A model generated the notes under the pieces. That model was not told the DNA's origin and made no database searches. It saw only the letters and a program-made list of their open reading frames with translations. A DNA stretch of 64,000 nt from positions 2,368,001 through 2,432,000 of the forward strand of contig CBDCOX010000002.1 in NCBI GenBank assembly GCA_965219995.1, written 5' to 3'. The translations under genes were made by a program, and so were the position numbers. The stretch comes from Candidatus Latescibacterota bacterium (GTDB lineage: Bacteria > Latescibacterota > UBA2968 > GCA-2709665). The stretch's first letter is position 1, and each line of letters starts with the position of its first letter. Below are positions 21,146 through 30,236 of the stretch, piece by piece.

Positions 21146-22873
21146 TCAGAAAAAATTGTAGTCCAGCGTCACGCGCCAGTCGCGGGTGCTTCCGTCCCCG
21201 CGCTTTCCGTCGCGCAGAGGCACGTTGCCCGCCCGCGTCAGCCGGTAGGTTGCCGAGAGCACCAGGTCCCGGACGGGCTCGAAGACGAGGTCCGCCCCGA
21301 CGTGGGTACGTTTCTCCACGGCGCCGCTCATAAACTCCCTGACCGCCGGGTCCGTCGGACGCCGGCCCCGCAGCGCGTCTCCCCCCACGTTTGTCACGGT
21401 ACCGTCCGGATGCTCGATATTCTGGCCCTCCCGAGTACGGTCAAGGCTTAGCGACACCGCAACCGCCGGCGACAGCCGGTGTGTTACCCGCGCCCAGAGT
21501 CTGTCGGAATTCGGGCCCGTGGGATATCCAAGCAGGGCGTCGAAATGCGCATAGGAATTGATGTCGAACCTGTGAGAATACACGTACGGCTCCACGTGCA
21601 CGAATTCGACCCGAATGTCCGTATCCCGCAATCCGATCGGATCAACCCAGAAAACACCGACCTGAGTGGCAAGTTTGTTGGAAAAGTCTCCCGGACTGAA
21701 CTTCCGCAGGTCATCCATGAATAGCGCAACATAGGTCTGAATGCCTCTCGCCGGCCTGAAAGTAATATCGACCGCCACCACAAGATTGTCTTTGTCCCCC
21801 ACGGACATCTGTGCGGCCGTGAGCAGCGACACGGGCGGAAGGTACAGAAACTCCAGATTTCGGTCACCATAGATTACGGCCTCCTGAAGACCCAGGCAGG
21901 CTCGCGGGGACAGATCGAACTCCACCCGATGGGCGGCAATCGCCTTGGCCCGCTGAAACGTACGCAGGTAACCGTTATCGATCCGGGTCAGGGAAGTGTC
22001 GACCATGCCCCGTTCCGCCTCCAGGAATCCCAGAATGTGTTTGAAACGCAGCCGGCGGTACTGCGCATTGAACCGCAAGGTCCCGAAAGATGGCGCGAAA
22101 GCGGTCAGAAACAGGTTGCCGGTCCGGCCCGGCCCCCAATCCAGGCTGCCTTTTCCCGCGCTGACGTCGAACCAGCGCGTCGCCCAGATCAGCTGAAAGG
22201 TGGCTTCGCGAAAATCCACGGCCTTTCCCTTGATCTGCACCAGCTCGATCGGACGGGCTAGAATATCCGCACGGGTCCGGCGCGGGAGGGTGCTCCACTC
22301 CCGCGCCTCGAAGTGGCGAACCCGGAATCCGAACCGATCGCCCGCGGTTCCGCGCGCCAGCGCGCCCACGTGCGTCTGCGAGACCGTCTCGTCTTCCCGC
22401 TCCTCGCCTCTGAACCGGATCAGCCGCTGCCGGAAGACCGCGTCCAGGACAACGGATGCAGCCGTATCCTGCCACGAATAGAGGGCATCCGCCAGCCGGT
22501 CGAGGGGGCGCGTCTGCGCCGGCGCAGACGCGTGGCCCAACCGCACGACCTCGGGGCGGAACTCCGCCAGGTGTCTCTGGAAGAACCCCTGCTCGGTATG
22601 CGACATGGCGGCCTGCGCTTCTCTGCTGCGCAAAACCTGAATCAGAAGCCGGGCGACTTGAAGGCGGGTGTACGGTCTGTCCTGCGACGCCGCGGCGTCC
22701 AGCCACCCGTTGGCGTCGTACCGGTCGAGCGACCGATAAACCCCGTGAATAAGCGGCACATCCGGGGTATTGTCGCCCGCGCGGGCGGTCCGGGCCAACG
22801 ATAGAAAAGCCAACAGGAGGAAGACGGATCTCACGACGCCACGTCCGGAGAAAACTGAACCTTGATTCGTCAT
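21146..22873 (-). CDS. Capsule assembly Wzi-family outer-membrane protein
   Basis: Signal peptide; RPYTRLQVA; GK..LDWGPG..G.LFL; HRVEF; GLQEAVIYG; LGYPTGPNS; C-terminal YNFF beta-barrel signature. Confidence 0.75.
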   Translation of the reverse strand: MTNQGSVFSGRGVVRSVFLLLAFLSLARTARAGDNTPDVPLIHGVYRSLDRYDANGWLDAAASQDRPYTRLQVARLLIQVLRSREAQAAMSHTEQGFFQRHLAEFRPEVVRLGHASAPAQTRPLDRLADALYSWQDTAASVVLDAVFRQRLIRFRGEEREDETVSQTHVGALARGTAGDRFGFRVRHFEAREWSTLPRRTRADILARPIELVQIKGKAVDFREATFQLIWATRWFDVSAGKGSLDWGPGRTGNLFLTAFAPSFGTLRFNAQYRRLRFKHILGFLEAERGMVDTSLTRIDNGYLRTFQRAKAIAAHRVEFDLSPRACLGLQEAVIYGDRNLEFLYLPPVSLLTAAQMSVGDKDNLVVAVDITFRPARGIQTYVALFMDDLRKFSPGDFSNKLATQVGVFWVDPIGLRDTDIRVEFVHVEPYVYSHRFDINSYAHFDALLGYPTGPNSDRLWARVTHRLSPAVAVSLSLDRTREGQNIEHPDGTVTNVGGDALRGRRPTDPAVREFMSGAVEKRTHVGADLVFEPVRDLVLSATYRLTRAGNVPLRDGKRGDGSTRDWRVTLDYNFF

Positions 22874-22999
22874 TTTTCGGTGACGTTACATCGTATATAC
22901 GCAAGTTGATAAATGCGATTAAACGTCTGATTTTCAAAAGCCTTCAGGTCACTGGACGTGAACAGAAAAAATGTCCATTTCGACGACCTTTTCAGCCCA

Positions 23000-23027
23000 A
23001 TTATACCATAACCCCGGGAATTGTCAA
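23000..23027 (-). promoter_or_regulatory. Consensus sigma70 promoter for the glycan gene run
   Basis: Minus strand reads TTGACA-16 nt-TATAAT with an extended-10 TG (ttgacaattcccggggttatggtataat). Confidence 0.75.
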
Positions 23028-23075
23028 GCGAACGGCCTCCCGCGTTCAGGCGGTTGCACGTGTCCCCGAAATTCC

Positions 23076-23104
23076 TTGACTTTGCGGATTCAACCACCTA
23101 TTTT
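23076..23104 (+). promoter_or_regulatory. Putative sigma70 promoter for the BMC locus
   Basis: TTGACT-17 nt-TATTTT, about 50 nt upstream of pduL. Confidence 0.5.
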
Positions 23105-23154
23105 TCGCGCCTTGAGTCCGGATTCGTCCCAGTTTTCTGTCCCGTAAATGCCCG

Positions 23155-23871
23155 ATGGCACAGACATTCAAACCTGCTTCCGAATGCGCGGACTGCAAGC
23201 TGTGCGAACGAGGGCAGCCGTCCGCGAACGGCAACGGGTCGCCGGACATCGCCCGCGTCGTCCGTGAAGTCCTCGTGAGGATCCGGAACGGAAAAGACGG
23301 CCTCCGCGAAATCCCGGTCGGCGTCTCCGCAAGGCACTGCCACCTGAACCGGGAAGCCATGGATGTCCTGTTCGGGCACGGATCGGAACTCACGCCGTAC
23401 CGGGAACTGTATCAGCCCGGCGCTTACGCGGCGAAAGAATGCGTCTCCGTGGTGGGGCCCCGCTTGCGCGCCATCGAGCGCGTGCGGATTCTGGGACCCG
23501 CCCGGGACTACAATCAGGTCGAATTGGCCCGGACCGACGCCATCTTTCTCGGTCTCGATCCCCCTGTACGGGACTCCGGCGACCTGCGAGGCGCCCAGCG
23601 GGTCACTTTTGTGGGCCCTGAAGGATCCCTCACCGTACCCGCCGCGATCCGGGCCGCACGGCACCTCCACCTTCGCCCCGCCGACGTTGATGAGTTGGGA
23701 CTTGCGGGGCGCGACGCCGTTCGTGCTCACGTCATCGGCGAAAAGGGACTTGTCTTCGAGAATGTCAGGCTGAAAATCGACCCCGGCTATTTGCCCGAAC
23801 TTCACCTGGACACCGACGACGCCAATGCGGCCGACCTCGTCTGCGGCGGCAAGGCGTTTATCGAATCCTGA
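23155..23871 (+). CDS. pduL: Phosphate propanoyltransferase (PduL) with N-terminal encapsulation peptide
   Basis: IPVGVSARHCHL, LYQPG, VRILGP.R...QVEL..TD, RHLHL, ELHLDTDDANA; amphipathic DIARVVREVLVRI upstream. Confidence 0.93.
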   Translation: MAQTFKPASECADCKLCERGQPSANGNGSPDIARVVREVLVRIRNGKDGLREIPVGVSARHCHLNREAMDVLFGHGSELTPYRELYQPGAYAAKECVSVVGPRLRAIERVRILGPARDYNQVELARTDAIFLGLDPPVRDSGDLRGAQRVTFVGPEGSLTVPAAIRAARHLHLRPADVDELGLAGRDAVRAHVIGEKGLVFENVRLKIDPGYLPELHLDTDDANAADLVCGGKAFIES

Positions 23872-23893
23872 ACCGCTTCGGGACAGCAGCCCA

Positions 23894-25315
23894 TTGAATG
23901 TCCGGCTCTTCATCCTGGTCGCGCTCCTGACGCCCCCGGCGGTTGCCTGTTTCCACCGGGTGCAGATGGACGATCCGTATATTACGTACCGATATGCGCG
24001 AAATCTGGCGGAAGGCCGGGGGTTCATCTACAACGAAGGCGAACGGGTGCTGGGAACCACGGCGCCGCTTTACGCCGTGATCCTGTCCCTGCCCGGCCGG
24101 ATCGCCGGAAACTATCCGCTGTTCAGCACCCTTCTCAGCGGCGCCGCGCTGGGAGCGCTCGGACTGCTGATCGGCCGCATTCTCGCCTGCTTCAATGAAG
24201 ACACGGCGGGTTTCGTTGCCGCGTTTCTCGTGGTCCTGAATCCGTACCTCGGCGACGTACTCGGCTTTGAACTGATTCTGTTCCAGGCGCTTGTTTTCGG
24301 CGCCTACGCCGCTTACTTTTCGAACCGTCCGAGTCTGGCGGCATTTCTGCTTGCCCTGGGCACGCTTACCCGCGGGGACGGGCTTGTGCCCGCGGGACTG
24401 ATTCTGGGCCACCATCTGTGGACACAACGGCGGGAGGCCTTGCGGCCGCTTCTCGTCTTCGCGATTGTTGTCGGCGGGTGGTCGATTTACGCGATTTCGA
24501 ATTTCGGATCTCCGTTTCCGAATACGCTCGAGGCAAAACGCGCCATGGGCGCGAGCGGGCTCTGGCGGTCGCTTTGGCATGGCGTCCTTTATACAGGCTG
24601 GCGATATCTGGAGTGGTCGCCGTTGTTTCTCTGGTTCGTCCTGCCGGCGCTCGTTGGCGCCAGACGGATATTGCGTCTGGACAGGCGCATTCTGCTCATT
24701 GCGGGATGGCCGGTATCCATCTTTCTCGGGTACTGGGCGATGGGCGTGCCCGCGGCCTACAATTACTATGCGGGGCTGGTGCCGTTCCTGATGATCCTGA
24801 CCGCCCTCGGAACGGTCTCACTGACCGGTTGGGTCGCAGAACGCCGGCCGGTCTGGCGCGCCTGTGAGGTCCGGATAACCGCGCTGCTGTGCATTCCGCT
24901 GCTGATCGCCGTACTCACCCCCACCGTCAGGCAACTGGGCCGGGATCCTCAGCCGAGGTACACGGTCTACAGATCGGCGGGGGAGTGGCTCGCCGGGAAT
25001 ACGCCGGCGACGGCTTCTGTCGGAATGGTGGAAATCGGTATCGTGGGGTTTTACAGCGATCGGTACATTGTGGACGTGTGTGGTCTGGTCACCCCCTCGG
25101 TCGGTCCCCACCTGGCAGCCGGGGACGTGTCGTGGCCCGTCCGGACGTACCGGCCGGATTATATGATTCTGCACGATCCATTGTGGGCTTCGCTGGAGAA
25201 ACCGATTGCGTCCGCGCAGTGGTTCAGAGACGCCTACGAACGCGTCAGGACCTTCGACGGCCCCCAGCCCTACCGGCTGGCCGTCTATAAAAATAAAGAT
25301 GTCGTTTCTCGTTGA
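23894..25315 (+). CDS. GT-C fold membrane protein (AftB/PMT-like putative glycosyltransferase)
   Basis: [22 protein letters not shown]...[36 protein letters not shown] start inferred. Confidence 0.75.
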   Translation: MNVRLFILVALLTPPAVACFHRVQMDDPYITYRYARNLAEGRGFIYNEGERVLGTTAPLYAVILSLPGRIAGNYPLFSTLLSGAALGALGLLIGRILACFNEDTAGFVAAFLVVLNPYLGDVLGFELILFQALVFGAYAAYFSNRPSLAAFLLALGTLTRGDGLVPAGLILGHHLWTQRREALRPLLVFAIVVGGWSIYAISNFGSPFPNTLEAKRAMGASGLWRSLWHGVLYTGWRYLEWSPLFLWFVLPALVGARRILRLDRRILLIAGWPVSIFLGYWAMGVPAAYNYYAGLVPFLMILTALGTVSLTGWVAERRPVWRACEVRITALLCIPLLIAVLTPTVRQLGRDPQPRYTVYRSAGEWLAGNTPATASVGMVEIGIVGFYSDRYIVDVCGLVTPSVGPHLAAGDVSWPVRTYRPDYMILHDPLWASLEKPIASAQWFRDAYERVRTFDGPQPYRLAVYKNKDVVSR

Positions 25316-25392
25316 AAAAACAGGCGGGCGCCCTGCCCGCCGAACTTCGTGTTTTGATGGGACGGACAAACCAAAAGAGGAGGAATCGCGAG

Positions 25393-25674
25393 ATGGGTGA
25401 AGCCCTTGGCATGATCGAAACCAGAGGTCTGGTGGCGATGATCGAGGCGACCGACGCCATGGTGAAAGCGGCCAATGTGAAGCTGGTCAACTGGGAAAAG
25501 ATCGGGGCGGGATACGTAACCGCCGTCGTCCGCGGCGACGTGGCCGCGGTCAAGGCCGCCACGGAGGCGGGCGCCGCGGCCGCCGGCAAGATTGGCGAAC
25601 TGATATCCGTGCATGTCATTCCGCGCCCGCACGGCAGCCTGGAAGACGTGCTGCCTATTGGCAAATCGTCCTGA
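25393..25674 (+). CDS. BMC hexamer shell protein (BMC-H, PduA/EutM-like)
   Basis: [36 protein letters not shown]; strong RBS gaggagg. Confidence 0.95.
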   Translation: MGEALGMIETRGLVAMIEATDAMVKAANVKLVNWEKIGAGYVTAVVRGDVAAVKAATEAGAAAAGKIGELISVHVIPRPHGSLEDVLPIGKSS

Positions 25675-25691
25675 AGCCCTGAGCGTTACCT

Positions 25692-25997
25692 ATGATTCTG
25701 GGTAAAGTGGTGGGGACGGTTGTCGCCACCCAGAAAGACAGGGGCCTTGAAGGCTTCAAGCTCCAGGTCGTTCAGACCCTGGACATTCAGACCCTGGAAC
25801 CGGGAAGTCGTTTCCTGGTTGCCGTCGACGCCGTCGGCGCCGGGACCAATGAAGTGGTCCTGTGCACAAGCGGCAGTTCCGCTCGAATGACGGGATCGAC
25901 CGAAGACCGGCCGGTGGACGCGGTCGTCGTCGCGATCGTCGATTCCGTCGAAATGGAAGGCGAAACGACCTACCGCAAGGACTCCGGTTCCTTCTGA
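25692..25997 (+). CDS. eutN: BMC pentamer vertex protein (EutN/CcmL family) 1
   Basis: MILGKVVGTVVATQK...VAVDAVGAG..E.V...SGSSAR...PVDAVVVAIVD. Confidence 0.93.
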   Translation: MILGKVVGTVVATQKDRGLEGFKLQVVQTLDIQTLEPGSRFLVAVDAVGAGTNEVVLCTSGSSARMTGSTEDRPVDAVVVAIVDSVEMEGETTYRKDSGSF

Positions 25998-26008
25998 GTT
26001 TCGAATCG

Positions 26009-27445
26009 ATGAATATCAGCGAAGCACAAATCAGATCGGTTGTTGAGGAAGTCGTCCGGACCCTGGCGCCGGAAAAGCGGGCGCCCGCGGTCGTCTCGTC
26101 TCCGGCCCGGCCGGCCGGAAACGGGGACGACGGCGTCTTCGAGCAACTCGACCACGCGGTCGACGCGGCTGCCGTTGCGCAGCGGGACCTGGAAGCCCTG
26201 TCGCTCGAGACCAGGAGAGGAATCATCGAGGCCATTCGGAAGGCGTCGCTGGAACACGCCAAGGGCCTCGCACAGATGACCATCGACGAAACCGGTATGG
26301 GCAGAATCGCCCACAAAATCCGGAAATTCGACGTGGTCGCCCGGCTCACTCCGGGCGTCGAAGACCTGGAACCGGTTGCCTGGACCGGAGACCGCGGACT
26401 GACCGTTGTCGAGCTGGCGCCCTTCGGCGTCGTTGCCGCCGTCACACCCTCCACCCACCCGGTCCCGACGACCGTAAACAATGCCATCAGCCTCATCTCC
26501 GCCGGGAACGGCGCCGTATTTGCGCCGCACCCCGCCGCCAAGAACGTCTCCCTCCTGGGCATCCAGATCCTCAATCGGGCCATCGTCCACGCGGGCGGGC
26601 CCCCGAATCTCTTAACCGCGGTCCGCGAGCCCGGTATCCAGACCGCACAGGACCTGTTCGTACATCCAGGGATCGACCTGATTTTGGTCACGGGCGGGGG
26701 CGGCGTCGTCAGAGCCGCCATGCAGGCGCCGAAGCGCGCCATTGCAGCGGGTCCCGGAAATCCTCCGGTGGTCGTCGACGAAACCGCTGACCTCGACACG
26801 GCGGCGGACGGCATCGTGGAAGGCGGCGCCTTCGACAACAATATCCTCTGTATCGGCGAGAAGGAAATCTTCGTGGTCGAATCGGTTGCCGATGAACTCA
26901 AGCGTTCTCTGCTTTCCAGAGGGTGCGTGGAACTGGACCGCGGCCAGATCGACAGCCTGACAGGGCGTGCATTCACCGAAGACGACAGGGGCGAACGGAA
27001 CGTCAACCGCGAATTCGTAGGCCGCAACCCGAACGTTCTCGCCGAGAGCATCGGCCTGAACGTGCCTCCGGAAACCGAGTTGCTCATCGGAGAGGTTGAG
27101 GCCGCGCACCCCTTCACGCAGAATGAGCAGATGATGCCGTTCATTCCATTTGTCCGGGTACCCGACGTGAACACGGGGATCGAACGGGCCGTGGAGGCCG
27201 AACATGGCTATCACCACACGGCCGTGATGCACTCCAGGAACGTTGAAAACATGACCAACATGGCGCGGGCGTGCCGCTGCAGCCTCTTTATCAAGAACGG
27301 CCCGTCCTCCGCCGGGGTGGGCGCGGGAGGCGAAGGATACACCTCGTTCTCCATCGCAACACCCACCGGGGAGGGCTGCACCTCGGCCAGGACATTTACC
27401 CGTCAGCGCCGCTGCACGCTGGTCGACTATTTCAGAATTGTCTGA
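26009..27445 (+). CDS. CoA-acylating aldehyde dehydrogenase (EutE/PduP-like) with N-terminal encapsulation peptide
   Basis: ISEAQIRSVVEEVVRTL peptide; ETGMGR, TPSTHP, AGPGNPPVVVDETAD, FDNNILCIGEKE (catalytic Cys), TPTGEG. Confidence 0.93.
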   Translation: MNISEAQIRSVVEEVVRTLAPEKRAPAVVSSPARPAGNGDDGVFEQLDHAVDAAAVAQRDLEALSLETRRGIIEAIRKASLEHAKGLAQMTIDETGMGRIAHKIRKFDVVARLTPGVEDLEPVAWTGDRGLTVVELAPFGVVAAVTPSTHPVPTTVNNAISLISAGNGAVFAPHPAAKNVSLLGIQILNRAIVHAGGPPNLLTAVREPGIQTAQDLFVHPGIDLILVTGGGGVVRAAMQAPKRAIAAGPGNPPVVVDETADLDTAADGIVEGGAFDNNILCIGEKEIFVVESVADELKRSLLSRGCVELDRGQIDSLTGRAFTEDDRGERNVNREFVGRNPNVLAESIGLNVPPETELLIGEVEAAHPFTQNEQMMPFIPFVRVPDVNTGIERAVEAEHGYHHTAVMHSRNVENMTNMARACRCSLFIKNGPSSAGVGAGGEGYTSFSIATPTGEGCTSARTFTRQRRCTLVDYFRIV

Positions 27446-27508
27446 CGTCCGGCGACAACCTGTGCGGCGAGTACCACGCACAGGGTCCACTTCCAACCCC
27501 CGGCTCGC

Positions 27509-27781
27509 ATGCAACTCGGTCGCGTCATCGGAAAAATCGTAGCCACCAGGAAAGACCCGTCACTGACCGGCATCCGGCTGCTCGTAATCCGTCCTCTGGA
27601 CCATCGTCGGAAGGAAATCGGCGATACGCTGGTGGCGGCCGACGTCGTCAGCGCGGGTCAGGGCGAGACCGTCTACTGGGTCTGTGCGAGGGAGGCGCCC
27701 AATGCCCTCCCTGAAAAATACGGCCCGGTAGACGCCGCCATCGTCGGCATTGCCGACCGGATCGATATCCGAAACCCTTAA
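27509..27781 (+). CDS. BMC pentamer vertex protein (EutN/CcmL family) 2
   Basis: MQLGRVIGKIVATRKD...VAADVVSAGQGETV...PVDAAIVGIAD. Confidence 0.92.
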   Translation: MQLGRVIGKIVATRKDPSLTGIRLLVIRPLDHRRKEIGDTLVAADVVSAGQGETVYWVCAREAPNALPEKYGPVDAAIVGIADRIDIRNP

Positions 27782-27831
27782 AGACCGAAACCGGAAGCAG
27801 TTTTCCGGTTGTTCTCCAGTCCCCGGTTTCC

Positions 27832-28110
27832 ATGATTCTCGCACGTGTGCTCGGCAGCGTTGTGTCCACGCTGAAACATCCCGCCTACGAAGCCGCCAAA
27901 CTCATGGTGATCCAGCCGGTTCAGCCGGACGGCAGCGACCGGGGCGACACCCTGCTTGCGGTCGATACCGCGGGTGCGGGCGCCGGCGAGACCGTCCTCG
28001 TTCTCCGCCAGGGCGTTGCGGCCGCGCAGGTCCTGGGAGTGGATCGGCCGCCGATCCGCTCCGTTATCGTAGGCATTGTGGACCAGATCTCGTATGAGCC
28101 GCAGGCATAG
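27832..28110 (+). CDS. BMC pentamer vertex protein (EutN/CcmL family) 3
   Basis: MILARVLGSVVSTLKH...AVDTAGAGAGETV...PIRSVIVGIVD. Confidence 0.92.
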   Translation: MILARVLGSVVSTLKHPAYEAAKLMVIQPVQPDGSDRGDTLLAVDTAGAGAGETVLVLRQGVAAAQVLGVDRPPIRSVIVGIVDQISYEPQA

Positions 28111-28161
28111 ACCGGAATACCGGCCAACGACACCCGAGGGTACCCTTCAGGTCACCACGTT

Positions 28162-28980
28162 ATGACACTCCATCAGGCAAAGCTGGATATCGTGGAAGCC
28201 GGACGCAGGCTTTACGACCGAGGTTATATCGTCGCGAGCGACGGCAACCTCTCCGCGCGCTTCGATGAAGACCGCCTGATCGTGACGCCCGGCGGGCTAT
28301 GCAAGGGAAACCTCGCCGTAGAGGATCTGTGCGTCTGTGACATGGAAGGCCGGAAGATAAGCGGGCGCCTCAATCCGTCCTCCGAAATCGGCATGCATCT
28401 GTTTCTTTACAGGGAAAGGCCCGACATCAAGGCGGTTGTCCACGCCCATCCGCCCACGGCCACCGGATTCTCCGTTGCCGGAATGCCGCTCACCGATTGC
28501 GTACTGCCCGAAGTCGTGATCACACTCGGCTCGATTCCCACCGCGGAATACGGAACGCCGGGCGGCCCCGAAATTTCCGAGCCGATACGAAAATACGTCA
28601 AGGACTACGACGCCTATCTGCTCGAGAATCACGGCGCCACCACCGTGGGTACCGGCGTGATGAACGCTTACTTCAAAATGGAGACCCTGGAACATTTCGC
28701 CCGCATCCTGTTTGTCGCGCGTCAGTTGGGCGGCGCCAACGTCCTGAGCCAGGACCAGGTTGACAAACTCCTTCAGATCCGCAAACGCCTGGGTATCCGG
28801 GGCCCGGATCCCGCGTGCGTCGTGGGAACGGATCATACCGGCGATTCCGGTGCCCCTGACTCGCAAATCCCCACGCTTCGCACGCGCAGCGCTTCGACCC
28901 CATCCGTCGGCCCCCCGCCTTCGGACGACGATCTGGTCACCGAAATCACCCGCCAGGTGATGCGGCATCTCCGCAAATAG
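28162..28980 (+). CDS. Class II aldolase (L-fuculose/rhamnulose-phosphate aldolase-like) with C-terminal encapsulation peptide
   Basis: DGNLSAR, PSSE, VVHAHPP, LLENHG zinc ligands; Pro-rich linker then DDDLVTEITRQVMRHL. Confidence 0.9.
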   Translation: MTLHQAKLDIVEAGRRLYDRGYIVASDGNLSARFDEDRLIVTPGGLCKGNLAVEDLCVCDMEGRKISGRLNPSSEIGMHLFLYRERPDIKAVVHAHPPTATGFSVAGMPLTDCVLPEVVITLGSIPTAEYGTPGGPEISEPIRKYVKDYDAYLLENHGATTVGTGVMNAYFKMETLEHFARILFVARQLGGANVLSQDQVDKLLQIRKRLGIRGPDPACVVGTDHTGDSGAPDSQIPTLRTRSASTPSVGPPPSDDDLVTEITRQVMRHLRK

Positions 28981-29026
28981 AACCGCGGTACGTGTTCCGT
29001 TCCACAGCGCCCGACTCCCGCCGCCT

Positions 29027-30217
29027 ATGAAAATCCTCGTTGCCAACGTCGGCAGTACGTCGTTCAAGTACAGACTCTTCGACATGAACGACGAGACGGT
29101 GATCGCCGAAGGACGCCTGGAGCGTATCGGCGACGCACGGTGTCCGGTTGAACATCGCGCCGGCGGGCGGGAAGCCCGCTTCACCTGTGCGCTTCCGGAT
29201 ACCCCTGCAGCGATCCGGAACGTGATGGATGCCCTCAGCCGGACGGGCGCGATCCGGGGGGCCTCGGACCTGGATGCCGTGGGGTTCAAGACCGTCCATA
29301 TGCGCGGAGAGCCCGGGATCTACCTGCTGGACGACGGGATTCTCGAACGCATGGCCGAATACAACGAACTCGCCCCGGCCCACAACCCGCCGTACATCCT
29401 TGCGATCGGGATCTTCCGGGAATTATACCCCGGCCTACCACTGGTCGGCCTGTTCGAACCGGCATTCCACACCACCATTCCGGACTACGCGTACACCTAC
29501 AGCGTTCCCTTTTCCTGGCACGAAACCTACGGCGTGCGAAAATACGGCTTTCACGGCGCGTCCCACCGTTATATCTCCGAAAGGGCCCCCCGGCTCCTGA
29601 ACCGGCCGGCCGAGGACCTGAACCTGGTTTCATGTCACCTGGGCGGCAGCGCATCTCTGTGCGCGATAAAGGACGGCCGGTCCGTCGACACCACCATGGG
29701 ATTCTCCGCCCAGGACGGCATTATCCACGGCAACCGCAACGGCGCCATCGACCCGTTCATCATACCCTTCATTATGGATCGCGAAGGCCTTTCTACGGAC
29801 GAGGTCCGGCGAATCCTCACCACGGAGAGCGGTCTGCTCGGAATCTCCGGCGTCAGCGGCGACGTGCGCGACCTGGAAGCGGCCGCCGCCGCCGGCAATC
29901 GACGGGCGAGACTGGCCATCGAGACCTTCTGTTACGGCGTTAAGACAGGCATTGGCGCGATGGCCGCAGCGCTTGGCGGAATCGATGCGCTTGCCTTCGC
30001 GGGGGGTATCGGTGAACGCGGAGTCCACGTTCGGCGGCGCATCTGCAGGGGCCTGGAATTCCTCGGCGTTCAACTGGACCCCGACAGAAACCGCACAGGG
30101 CCGGCCGAACGGCTGATTTCCGCTTCAGAAAGCCGCGTGAAAACACTGATTGTGGCCACAAACGAAGAAATCATCGTCGCCCGGGAAACCGCGGCTTTCC
30201 TCAAGAGTCTTTCGTAA
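29027..30217 (+). CDS. ackA: Acetate/propionate kinase
   Basis: ANVGSTSFK, LAPAHNP, RKYGFHGASH, CHLGG, DTTMG, FAGGIGE, TNEE. Confidence 0.92.
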   Translation: MKILVANVGSTSFKYRLFDMNDETVIAEGRLERIGDARCPVEHRAGGREARFTCALPDTPAAIRNVMDALSRTGAIRGASDLDAVGFKTVHMRGEPGIYLLDDGILERMAEYNELAPAHNPPYILAIGIFRELYPGLPLVGLFEPAFHTTIPDYAYTYSVPFSWHETYGVRKYGFHGASHRYISERAPRLLNRPAEDLNLVSCHLGGSASLCAIKDGRSVDTTMGFSAQDGIIHGNRNGAIDPFIIPFIMDREGLSTDEVRRILTTESGLLGISGVSGDVRDLEAAAAAGNRRARLAIETFCYGVKTGIGAMAAALGGIDALAFAGGIGERGVHVRRRICRGLEFLGVQLDPDRNRTGPAERLISASESRVKTLIVATNEEIIVARETAAFLKSLS

Positions 30218-30236
30218 CGCACGGATCCTGGAACCC

